Of a stretch of DNA of 64,000 nt, positions 29,367 through 38,752 are shown in pieces. The notes below the pieces were generated by a model. The model had not been told where the DNA came from. It made no database searches and saw only the letters and a list, made by a program, of their open reading frames with translations. The DNA comes from Alphaproteobacteria bacterium (GTDB lineage: Bacteria > Pseudomonadota > Alphaproteobacteria > MPNO01): assembly GCA_965248835.1 (NCBI GenBank), contig CBDFLJ010000001.1, positions 224,001-288,000 of the forward strand, given 5' to 3'. The position numbers were made by a program, and so were the translations under genes. The first letter of the stretch is position 1. Every line of letters starts with the position of its first letter.

Positions 29367-30305
29367 TCAGTCGAAAAAGTCGGGCGTCGGATCCATACCC
29401 CATTGTGTCGTGTCTTCCACCGCCACCGCGTAGCTGCGGGTCTCGTAGCTGCTGTCGCTGACGTCGCCGTCGGTGTAGTGCTCGACGCGGAAGTCGAACG
29501 GATCCCGCCAATAGTCGAAGATCTGGCTGCCTATGAGGTGGCGGCCGACGCCGCAATCGTGCCGGTAGCCCTTGGCTCTCAGGTAATCGTGCGCGCCCAT
29601 CACCGAGTCGACGTCCTGCATCTCGAAACTGCAATGATGCACCCCGACCGCCGAAGACTGGTTGATGAGAACGCAGTGATGGTCGACCGGCTCATCGCCG
29701 CGATCGAAGCGCACGAAGGTACCGATGACCCGGTCCTCGTCGCCGGACACCCGCATCACATCCGAAGCGAGCAGGCCGAAACGCTCGCGGAACCAGGACA
29801 GCATGGCGTCATGGTCGCTTACGCGGAGGACGAAATGGCCCAGCCGCAGCGCCATTCCCGGCTCGCGCCTGGGTCTCAGGGACTGGTTGACCCGCTCCTT
29901 GCGCTCTCCCGAGTTGAACGGGTTGGGCGGTCGATGCGGCAGAGCCGGCGTCTCTTTCTGTCCCCAGACGGCATCGATGAGAAAACCGTCGGGGGCCGTC
30001 ATGCGAACCCGCCACCCGCCGCCCGGCGCCGCCTCGATCGGTTCGACCGGCGAGGAGCCCGGGAGCCGGGCGAGGGTTTCCAGGTCGGCCCGGGTTGCCA
30101 TCTTGAAGCCGCCGCCGATGAAGCGGTTCTCCGAACCCAGATGGCTGATATGGACATAGGGTGCGGATCCCGCCGTCCTCATGAAGAGAGTCTCGGCGGT
30201 TTTCTCCGCCGTCGCCAATCCGAAATCGCGCAGGAACGTTTCCATCAGGTCCAGATCGGTGACCTGATAGACGACATGGGACAAGTCGATGGCTCTCGGC
30301 ATCAC
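29367..30305 (-). CDS. VOC-family extradiol ring-cleavage dioxygenase (trihydroxytoluene oxygenase-like)
   Basis: Two VOC domains; LGHFVL, DHHC, VHHCSFE, GVGRHLIGSQIFDYWRDP...VEHYTDGD. Confidence 0.82.
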   Translation of the reverse strand: MMPRAIDLSHVVYQVTDLDLMETFLRDFGLATAEKTAETLFMRTAGSAPYVHISHLGSENRFIGGGFKMATRADLETLARLPGSSPVEPIEAAPGGGWRVRMTAPDGFLIDAVWGQKETPALPHRPPNPFNSGERKERVNQSLRPRREPGMALRLGHFVLRVSDHDAMLSWFRERFGLLASDVMRVSGDEDRVIGTFVRFDRGDEPVDHHCVLINQSSAVGVHHCSFEMQDVDSVMGAHDYLRAKGYRHDCGVGRHLIGSQIFDYWRDPFDFRVEHYTDGDVSDSSYETRSYAVAVEDTTQWGMDPTPDFFD

Positions 30306-31885
30306 GAAACCTCCCTCGGCTGGACGTCTTGCGGCTCGCCCGCAATGTTGTGCAGGTCACTGACGTCGTCGTTGTTGATAAGGTCCGGCGCCGTCCACCC
30401 GTCGAGGTCGTATTCCGCCATGCACCGGTCCACTAGCTCGGTCATGGCATCAAGACCGCCCGATCCCTGCGCTTCCCAGAGGTTCGACAGCCGCGTCAGG
30501 TCGTTGGAGCCGAGATAGTTGATTTCGTAGAGCTCGCTGCGCCCGCCGAACTCCGCGGCGATGCAGTCCCAAAGGAGTTTCATCACCTTGACGCGGGTTT
30601 CGGCGCTCGCCCCGCCGGTGCCGCGCAGGTACCGGTCGAGCTGCGCCCGTAGTTCGGGCACCGCGAAGTCGTCCGCGTGAGAATTGAGATAGATCAGCCC
30701 GCTCGCGATTATCTCCTCGATACTGCTCTTGATGGACGGAAACGCGATCTGGGAGACCGTTCGAAAAGCGGTGCCATAGCGCGCGTCCGGCTGCACCATG
30801 CCGTTCCACGGGACGCTGCTCTTGGCCATGGCATCGGACAGCGCCCACATCGTGTTGCGCCAGGCCAGCACTTTGCCGAACCGCGATTGCACCCGTGAAA
30901 GACCTTGGACCCCGTGATGTCCAGGGCCTTGGACAACACGCCGCATATGAGGTCGAGCTTGACCGCGAACCGTGTGCGGCCGTGCATCGCGGCGCGTGCA
31001 TTGAATCCCGATCTGTCGGAAAACTGGTTGGCGCGGACGGCATCGCCATACATGAAGACGTTCTCCCAGGGGACGAAGACGTTGTCCAGGATCAGGATCG
31101 CGTCGTTTTCGTCCGCCCGACTCGACAGGGGATAGTCGAACGGGCTTCCCAGCACGGCGGCGCGTTGTTCGTTGGAGGCGCGCGAGACCATCTTCAGCCC
31201 CGGCGCGCCGGTGGCCACCATGAATACCGGCGCGTAGGCCGGATCCTTTATCGGCACCTGTCCCGCGTGGGCGATGAAGGTGAAGTGGGTCAGGGCGGAC
31301 CCGGCCGCCACGACCTTGGCGCCGGTGAGGTAGATGCCGGCATCCGTTTCCTTCACTACTCTGACGAAAACGTCCGATGAATCCGCCGTCGGCAGGTTGC
31401 GATCGACAGGCGGATTCAGGATGGCGTGGTTGATGTACCAAGTGCGCTCCTGGGCTTTGCGATACCGGTCGAGCGAGTTCTTCTCGTATCCCTCGTAGAA
31501 GGCCGCGTTCGCCCCGAGCGTGGCGAGGAACGATCCCTTGTAGTCGGGCGTCTCCCATCCACCCGTAAGAGATGCGCTGCGACTCCGCGACCGCGTCGCG
31601 CGCGGCGATCTGATCCTCGACACTGCTCGGCGCCTGGAAATAGCGGTGCGTCCGCCCGCCCCACTCGGTCGGCCCGGTCAGGACGTCGCGCTGCGCCGGG
31701 TCGTGCATCGCATCATAGAAGCGTGCCACCATGCGGGCGGAGTTGCGGAACGCCGGGTGGTCGACGATGTTCCCGACCTTCCTGCCGTAGATCCACACTT
31801 CGCGCCCATCGTCGAGGCTGTCGAGATACTCCTGACCGGTGAAGGGGACAAATTGCCGGGCCGCATCCAGGACTGATGCGCTCAT
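30302..31885 (-). pseudogene. Second HpaB-family monooxygenase with two compensating frameshifts
   Basis: N- and C-termini are HpaB-like in one frame. The middle (PDYKGSF...YPLSSRADEND...KVFHG) lies in ORF 30709..31623. Shifts near 31553 and 30893. Confidence 0.85.
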
Positions 31886-31997
31886 CGTCGATCCTCCGAC
31901 ATGAACACCGCTCCGCCAGCTCCGGTAGCGCTGTTCACTACCTGGCCACGATGTCCGCTCATGAACCATGAAGTCAATTGACTATTGGAGGCAGTTT

Positions 31998-32017
31998 ATA
32001 TAACCAATTCGTTATAT
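31998..32017. promoter_or_regulatory. Putative LysR (PcaQ/GbpR-type) operator
   Basis: Perfect inverted repeat ATATAAC-N6-GTTATAT in the divergent intergenic gap. Confidence 0.6.
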
Positions 32018-32044
32018 TCTCTAAGGTAGGTGGCGCCGCCGACG

Positions 32045-33025
32045 ATGTCCGGCCTGAACCGGTATCTCCGTCATCATCTGAATATCCGGCATCTGCGTGT
32101 GCTGGTCGCGCTCGACGATCACCGGAATGTCGGTCGGGTCGCCGCCTATCTCAACGTCACCCAGCCGGCTGTTTCCAAGACGCTGGCGATGCTCGAATCC
32201 GGTCTCGGGATGCAGCTGTTCATGCGCGGCCGGCGCGGCATGGAGCCCACCGATGCGGGCGCTTGCCTGGTGCGTCACGCGCGCGAGATCCTGTCGCGCC
32301 TGAACGAGGCCGGGATCGAACTGCGTGACATCGCCGAAGGTCAGGTAGGGCAGGTCTCGCTGGGCGTGCTGCCTTCCGCGGCGGTTGTGCTGGTCCCGCG
32401 TCTCATTGCCAGGCAGGAGTCGAACGTCGCCTCCGTGGCGATCTCGGTCACCGAGGGAACCATGGCGACGCTCCTGCCCGCGCTTCGCGCCGGGGATATA
32501 GACATGACCGTGGGGGTGCTGCCGACGCCGCCGCTGGGCCCGGAATTCGGAACCGAAGTGCTGATGGAGGATCCGATAGCTGTGGTGGTAAGGCGGAACC
32601 ACCCGCTCACCGGGCTGAAACACGTGTGCTGGAAGCATTTGGACGGATATCCGATGGTCCTTCCCCCGCAGACAGCCTACACTCGAGGGGCGATCGACGC
32701 GATTCTCGCGCGGCACGACCTCTCCGTGTCCCGCCGCGTGGTCGAGTCGGTCTCCACGATGACCAATGTCGGCACGCTCCAGCTCACCGATTCCGTCGGG
32801 TTCCTCTCCAGCGTGTTAGCGCAGCACTTCGAGAACCTCGGCGTCCTGACGATGCTGTCCCTCGATGTGCCCGACGGCGTGACCATGAGAATAGGCCTGA
32901 TATGGATGATCGATCGACATTTCACAGCGGCGCACAGGCTTATTCGCACGGCCCTGCTCGAAACCAGCCGCGAGTTGCTTAGGGGCCTCCCACCGCCTGC
33001 AGAAACACCGATGGCTCTGTCCTAA
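32045..33025 (+). CDS. LysR-family transcriptional regulator (GbpR/PcaQ-like)
   Basis: RHLRVLVAL...LNVTQPAVSKTL..LE..LG..LF.R HTH; divergent from the monooxygenase cluster; start could be 32030. Confidence 0.93.
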   Translation: MSGLNRYLRHHLNIRHLRVLVALDDHRNVGRVAAYLNVTQPAVSKTLAMLESGLGMQLFMRGRRGMEPTDAGACLVRHAREILSRLNEAGIELRDIAEGQVGQVSLGVLPSAAVVLVPRLIARQESNVASVAISVTEGTMATLLPALRAGDIDMTVGVLPTPPLGPEFGTEVLMEDPIAVVVRRNHPLTGLKHVCWKHLDGYPMVLPPQTAYTRGAIDAILARHDLSVSRRVVESVSTMTNVGTLQLTDSVGFLSSVLAQHFENLGVLTMLSLDVPDGVTMRIGLIWMIDRHFTAAHRLIRTALLETSRELLRGLPPPAETPMALS

Positions 33026-33065
33026 CCTCAATACAACCCTGTCCTGACTATGACTTGGGAATTTC

Positions 33066-33280
33066 TGATCCGCCCCCATGGAGTGGTCCAGTTTGCAAGA
33101 TTGTGCGACGGCCTCTCCCCGGACCCCGCCGCGGGCGGCGGGGCACAGGGCGATTCAAAGAATCTGATTGATTTTGCGTGACCTGATTCAAGAGATGATT
33201 CAAGAAGCTTTCTGACGGCGTGGATGTCAGGAGGTGTTGGCGATGACGGGAGCGACGATTGGGTGTGTGAGCTTGTGGGG
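33066..33280. mobile_element. IS terminal debris (IS3-like end, possibly an IS701-like start)
   Basis: TGATCCGCCCCC...GTGGTCCAG resembles IS3 ends; a GATTCAAGA repeat and short degenerate ORF start follow. Confidence 0.35.
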
Positions 33281-33281
33281 G

Positions 33282-33760
33282 GGGCGTTGACAGACAAAAA
33301 TGGATTGATGGGCAGATAGGGCATCCATAGTTTTGCCAGATGCGAAATCCCTTCGATTATTTCAACAGTTCGCCCGAGGTCATCCGCCTCGCGGTGATGA
33401 TGTATGTCCGCTACCCGTTGTCGCTGAGACAGGTCGAAGATCTGCTGTTCGAGCGCGGTATCGACGTCTGTCACGAGACGGTGCGGTTCTGGTGGCACCG
33501 CTTCGGTCCGCTGTTTGCCGCGGAGATCGGAAAACGCCGGGTTCGTCATCACTCGTATTCGAACTGGCGCTGGCACCTTGATGAGGCGTTTGTCCGGGTC
33601 AACGGCGAGACACATTATCCATGGCGCGCGGTTGATCACGAAGGGGAGGTGCTTGGGGTTTTTGCCCCGAAGCGGCGGGATCGCAGGGCAGCGCTGAAGT
33701 TCCTGAAGCGCACGATGAAGCGCTATGGCCGGCCGGCTTCGATCGTCACGGACAGGCTGT
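33282..33760 (+). pseudogene. IS6-family transposase, 3'-truncated (CDS from 33340)
   Basis: MRNPFDYFNSSPEVIRLAV, WHLDE.FV, WRAVDHEGEVL, IVTDRL, then similarity is lost. Confidence 0.85.
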
Positions 33761-33810
33761 GGGTGTCCGATTCGCTGTGTAACTGATTTTCGTGTCGGTT
33801 AGAAACAACT

Positions 33811-35142
33811 GGACGCCTCCATTTACCTCGCGAATTTTGCCTGGTTGTGATTCTCTGCGGCGGTTCGGTTCGAGGAGGTATTGATGAGGCAGGCTGGTCT
33901 GTTCGGCTTACCGGATCATCTTCGGAAGCTATCGGCGACGGGTGATCCGTTGGAGGTGCTGGCGCAGGTCGTCGACTTCGAGATTTTCCGCGCGCCGCTT
34001 GAGGCGGCGCTGGGCTATTCGGACGGATCGAAAGGCGGCCGCCCGGCCTACGATGCGGTGGCGATGTTCAAGGTACTGATCCTGGCCGCGCGGCACACGG
34101 TGAGCGACGAGCGGATGGAGTTTCTGATCCGCGACCGCTTGAGCTGGCTTCGCTTCCTGGGCTTCGATCTCGGAGCGCCGACGCCGGACCGCAACACCAT
34201 ATGGATCTTTCGCGAGCGTCTGGTCCGGGCCGGGGCGATGGATAAGCTGTTTGCCGCCTTCGATGGCGAACTGCGCCGGTGCGGCTATCTGGCGATGGGC
34301 GGGCAGATCGTCGATGCGACGTTGGTATCGGCGCCCAAGCAGCGCAACAGCGACGACGAGAAGGCGGCGATCAAGGCAGGCAAGAGGGCATCCGAGATCT
34401 GGCCCGATCAGCCGGCCAAGGCGGCGCAGAAGGACACGGATGCGCGGTGGACGGTGAAGACCGGGCGGCGCAAGAACCCCGCCGGGGCGCAACGGCGCAT
34501 GCCCGACATCGCGATCCCGGTGTTCGGCTACAGCGAGCAGGACCGTCGCGCCAGTGGCGCGGCGTAAGCCCGCGCAGCCCATGTCGTCATCGATCGGGCC
34601 TACGGCTTCATCCGCAGCTCGGCAGTGACCGATGCCGCCCGCCATGACGGCAAGATGTTGCGTCATCTCGTCACCGGCGACAATCTGGCCGCCGGCGTGT
34701 GGGCCGACAGCGCCTATCGCTCGAAGGCCAACGAGGCGTGGCTGGCCGGCAAGGGTCGGGTCTCCCACATCCACCGCAAGAAGCCGCCGGGCCGGGCCAT
34801 GCCCAAGGCGACCGCCCGGGCCAATGCCCGCAAGTCAGCGGTCCGTGCGCATGTCGAGCACGTCTTCGCCCAGCAGAAGGATCGCATGGGCCTGTTCGTC
34901 CGTACCATCGGGCTCGAGCGGGCGGCGGCCAAGATCGGCCTCGCCAACCTGGCTTATAATTTCCAGCGTCTGATCTTCCATGAGCGCAGCGCCGCCATGG
35001 CATGAGTCCGCCCGAATAGCGCCAAAACCCTCCGCCGAGAACGAAACGGCGGATGATTGCGGACGTCAACACCGCCGATCTCAGCGAAAGTCGGACAGCA
35101 CACCGAAATCTTCGTCAAATCCCCCGGTTGTGAGAGGTCTCC
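33811..35142 (+). mobile_element. IS5-family IS; transposase (33884..35005) disrupted by an in-frame insert containing a stop
   Basis: GRPAYD, PD.NTIW.FRE, IVDATLV.AP, KDTDARWT.K, FGY|AHVVID, WADSAY, R..VEHVF; TAA at 34565; imperfect GGA.. termini. Confidence 0.85.
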
Positions 35143-35163
35143 AGCTTTTTGTCGTTTCCAGCG

Positions 35164-36450
35164 TGACCTTCTCCCGACATTAGGGCCAGGTCGGCTGAGA
35201 GTGTTCCGTGTTGATCATAGCGCTCAAGGGCAGCTGAGTGGAGCCGTTGCGGAGCTCATGCGAAGCTGCCCGTGTTGCCAGATAGGCGGCCGGCGTCTGA
35301 TAGCCGAGCGCCGAATGCGGCCTGGCGGTGTTGTAGTGCACGCGCCAGGCCTCGATCACCGACCGGGCATGGGCCAGGCTGGTGAACCATTCCTCGTTCA
35401 GGCATTGATCGCGGAACCTTCCATTGAAACTCTCCACGAACGCGTTCTGCACCGGCTTGCCGGGCTCGATGAAGTGAAGGCCGACGCCGGTGCGCCGGGA
35501 CCACTCGAACATCGCCCGGGAAGTCAGCTCCGGACCGTTGTCCATGACCAGCGTCTCGGGCAGGCCACGGCGGGCGGCCATATCCTCGAGGAAGCGGACC
35601 AGCCGCGCCCCGGAGATCGACACGTCGACGATCTGGCCCGGGCATTCTCGGCTGTGGTCGTCGACGATGTTGAGGATGCGGAACCGCCGGCCCGAGGCGA
35701 GCTGGTCGGAGACAAAGTCCACCGACCAGCGCTGCATCGGCCGCTGCGGCACAGCCAGCGGCATGCGATCACGGCGTGGCAGCCGCCGGCGTACGCGACG
35801 GCGCACCTGCAGGCCTTCCTCGCGGTAGAGCCTGTCGGTCCGCTTGGCATTCACCACCAGGCCCTCACCGGCCAGCAGCACATGCAGGCGCAAGTAGCCA
35901 TAGCGCCGATAGCGCGCCGCCAGATCCTTCATGCGAACACGCAGAACCTCGTCCTGCTTGGGCGTCGGGCGATACTGCGCCACCGAACGCGACAGGCCGA
36001 CCACGCGACAGGCCGACCACGCGGCAGGCCCGCCGCTGGCTGTAGCTGCGCCGTTCCATCAGATAGCCCACGGCGTCCCGCCGCGCCGCGGGCTTCACCA
36101 GTTTTTTGATAGCAGATCCTTCAGCGAGCTTCACCAGTTTTTTGCGTTGTCCAAGTGCGCTTCCGCCAGAAGACGCTTCAGTTTGGCGTTCTCCGATTCC
36201 AGATCCTTCAGGCGCCGCGCTTCGGACACGCCCATGCCGCCGTACTTCGACTTCCAGCGATAGAAGGTCTGCTCCGAGATCCCATGACGACGGCACAGAT
36301 CCCGCGCCGTCCCGCCGGCCTCATGCTCCCGAAGCACACCGATGATCTGTTCGTCCGTAAACCGATTCCGCTTCATGTCGAGTTCTCCCTTCAAAAGTCT
36401 CCTCGGGAAAACTCTCTTCCGCTATGGCCCGGATCACGGGAGGAAGGTCA
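35164..36450 (-). mobile_element. IS3-family IS (orfA 36131..36376, orfB 35180..~36100), disrupted
   Basis: TIRs TGACCTTCTCCCG..GGGCCA / TGACCTTCCTCCCG..GGGCCA; [40 protein letters not shown]; internal duplications shift the frame; no matching target repeat. Confidence 0.9.
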
Positions 36451-36487
36451 ATACGGCGTTCATGCACCGCTTTGCCGAGATCCCGAC

Positions 36488-36630
36488 ATGCCCCGCTTTT
36501 CGGCCAATATCTCGATGCTGTTCACCAAGCGCACGTGGTTGGACCGGCCGGCTGAAGACTGGCAACCGGCGATCAAAGCAGCGGGGCTCGTCGTCTCCGT
36601 CATCGACGTCCCGGTCGGCGACATGCTTAT
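36488..36630 (+). pseudogene. Hydroxypyruvate isomerase-family remnant
   Basis: MPRFSANISMLFT...LDR N-terminus with an internal deletion. Confidence 0.55.
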
Positions 36631-36639
36631 CCGAGGGAG

Positions 36640-36902
36640 GCGACGGAGGCCTTCTTCAACGGCCATGTCAGTGCCTTCGCCTTCCTCGTCGGGGTTCCCC
36701 GATCGGTCCTCTATGACACCACGACCCTGGCGGTGGCGCGGATCGTGGGCGACGGCACCCGCCGGTGCACCCGGGCTCATGCATCTACAGTCGTACTATC
36801 TGTTCCGCGACCAGTTCGGCCGGCCCGGCAAGGGCAACAACAAGGGGAAGGTCGAAGCCCTGGTGAAGACGGCACGGCGCCGGTTTTTCGTGCCGATCCC
36901 GG
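36640..36902 (+). pseudogene. IS21 IstA transposase internal fragment
   Basis: TEAF..GHVSAFAF..GVPRSVLYD...LQS.YLF...FGRPGKGN.KGKVE.LV...RR.F.VP.P. Confidence 0.75.
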
Positions 36903-36993
36903 AATCGCCATCTATCGCGCCGGCCATACCTTCGAGCAGGCTGAGGACTGGACCGGTCTCTGAACGAAATAACCAACACAGGGGAACAGGCCG

Positions 36994-38508
36994 ATGACAC
37001 TTCAGGGTCCCAAAGCGTCGGAATTGCAGGATCTCGCCCGCTCCCTGGGCTTCGGACTGACCGACGAGGAAGCCAGGGAATACAGCGAGCTGCTCGCTCC
37101 GCTGGTGGCCATGGCCGACGCACAGCAGAAAATGCCGGACTATCTGCCGGAGGTGAAATATCCGCGAACGCCCGGGTACCGGCCGGAGGGCGAGGAAAAC
37201 AAATACAACGCTTGGTACTACAAGAGCCGGATCGAGGGGGCGCTAGAGGGCAAGCTGAAAGGCAGGACGGTCGCACTCAAGGACAACATCATGCTGGCCG
37301 GCGTGCCGATGATGAACGGCACTGCGGTCCTCGAGGGCTATGTTCCCGAGGTCGATGCCACGATCGTGCCACGCCTCCTCGATGCCGGGGCGACGATTCT
37401 GGGGAAGGCGCATTGCGAGAACTACTGCCTTTCGGGCAGCAGCCATACCAATGCGACCGGCCGCTGCCACAACCCCCACCGGATGGGCTACAGCGCCGGC
37501 GGCTCGTCTTCCGGCAGCGCGGCGCTGGTGGCGGCCGGCGAAGTCGACATGGCGATCGGCGGCGATCAGGGCGGGTCCATACGGATGCCGGCCTCGTTCT
37601 GCGGCATCTACGGATTGAAACCCACATACGGTCTCGTGCCCTATACGGGGGTTCTGGGGATCGAAGCCGCTTTCGACCATGTCGGGCCGATGACGGCGAC
37701 CGTCGCCGACAACGCCTTGATGCTCGAGGCCATTGCGGGTCCGGACGGCATAGACGGACGGCAGCGCGATGTCGTCACGCATCCCTATTCGGAAATGCTG
37801 GACGGCGGGGTTTCGGGATTGCGGATCGCCGTGATCGAGGATGGATTCGACCACCCCGGTTCCCAGGCGGAGTCCGATGCGGTGGTTCGCGCCGCCTGTG
37901 CCAGGTTCGGCGAACTCGGCGCGGAGGTCGAGACCATCGCCTTCCCGCTGCATCGCGAGGCCGCGGTCATGTATTTACCGGCCCTCGCAGAGGGGCTCAC
38001 CCGGGAAATGATGCTGCAGGGCGGTGTATTCTACGGCCTGCCCGGATTGTATGTCGGCGGAGCGCTCGAACGCAGCAACGGCTGGACCGACCGCGCGCAT
38101 GCACTGCCGCCGACCGTCCGCGTCTTCACTCTGCTCGGGGCCTACTACATGGAGACCCTGGGCGGGCGCATATATGCCAAGGGGATGAACCTGCAGCGCA
38201 AGGCGAAGGACGGATTCGCGCGCCTGATGGAGAACTTCGATCTCCTCTTGATGCCGACCGTGCCGCTGGTGGCGCAACCTTTCCCGGCAGCGGATGCCTC
38301 GATTACCGAATATTGCGATCACGCTTGGAACATGTTGGCCAACTGTCCGACCTACAACTACACCGGCCAGCCTTCGATGTCGGTGCCCTGCGGCACAGTC
38401 GACGGCCTTCCTGTCGGTCTTATGATCACGGGCCGCTGGTGGGACGAGCCGACCGTCTACCGGGCTGCGGCGGCGTTCGAGGCGAATTTCGACTGGCGTT
38501 CTCTCTGA
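36994..38508 (+). CDS. Amidase-signature family amidase
   Basis: VALKDN (catalytic Lys), GGSSSGS, GGDQGGSIRMPAS; N-terminal RP..EEN.YNAW as in nitrile-hydratase-linked amidases. Confidence 0.93.
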   Translation: MTLQGPKASELQDLARSLGFGLTDEEAREYSELLAPLVAMADAQQKMPDYLPEVKYPRTPGYRPEGEENKYNAWYYKSRIEGALEGKLKGRTVALKDNIMLAGVPMMNGTAVLEGYVPEVDATIVPRLLDAGATILGKAHCENYCLSGSSHTNATGRCHNPHRMGYSAGGSSSGSAALVAAGEVDMAIGGDQGGSIRMPASFCGIYGLKPTYGLVPYTGVLGIEAAFDHVGPMTATVADNALMLEAIAGPDGIDGRQRDVVTHPYSEMLDGGVSGLRIAVIEDGFDHPGSQAESDAVVRAACARFGELGAEVETIAFPLHREAAVMYLPALAEGLTREMMLQGGVFYGLPGLYVGGALERSNGWTDRAHALPPTVRVFTLLGAYYMETLGGRIYAKGMNLQRKAKDGFARLMENFDLLLMPTVPLVAQPFPAADASITEYCDHAWNMLANCPTYNYTGQPSMSVPCGTVDGLPVGLMITGRWWDEPTVYRAAAAFEANFDWRSL

Positions 38509-38562
38509 GCCCACCCTTCGCTGTTATCCGGGATGGACACATGACCCCTCAGAAACACCGAA

Positions 38563-38575
38563 AATCAACGGGTTA
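38563..38575 (+). promoter_or_regulatory. IHF consensus site
   Basis: AATCAACGGGTTA matches WATCAANNNNTTR exactly. Confidence 0.45.
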
Positions 38576-38704
38576 GAACGCCGACCGGGGACCGTACCGG
38601 ATAGTGAATGGATGGCGCTCAACGGGGATGCGGATGCCGCACAAGGCTTATCCCTGAGCGTCCGGGGCCACCAAATGTGGTGATGTGGTGCGAGGTTAGT
38701 GATA

Positions 38705-38719
38705 GAACATAATATGAAC
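38705..38719. promoter_or_regulatory. Alphaproteobacterial LexA (SOS) box
   Basis: GAAC-ATAATAT-GAAC matches GAAC-N7-GAAC with an AT-rich spacer, 25 bp before ATG 38744. Confidence 0.65.
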
Positions 38720-38752
38720 ATTACCACCTCGGGATGCCCAGAAATGACCGAC

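Noticed and set aside
33755-33810. Possible IS256-like terminus truncating IS6
   Set aside because: Only a vague resemblance, with no partner end in the window.
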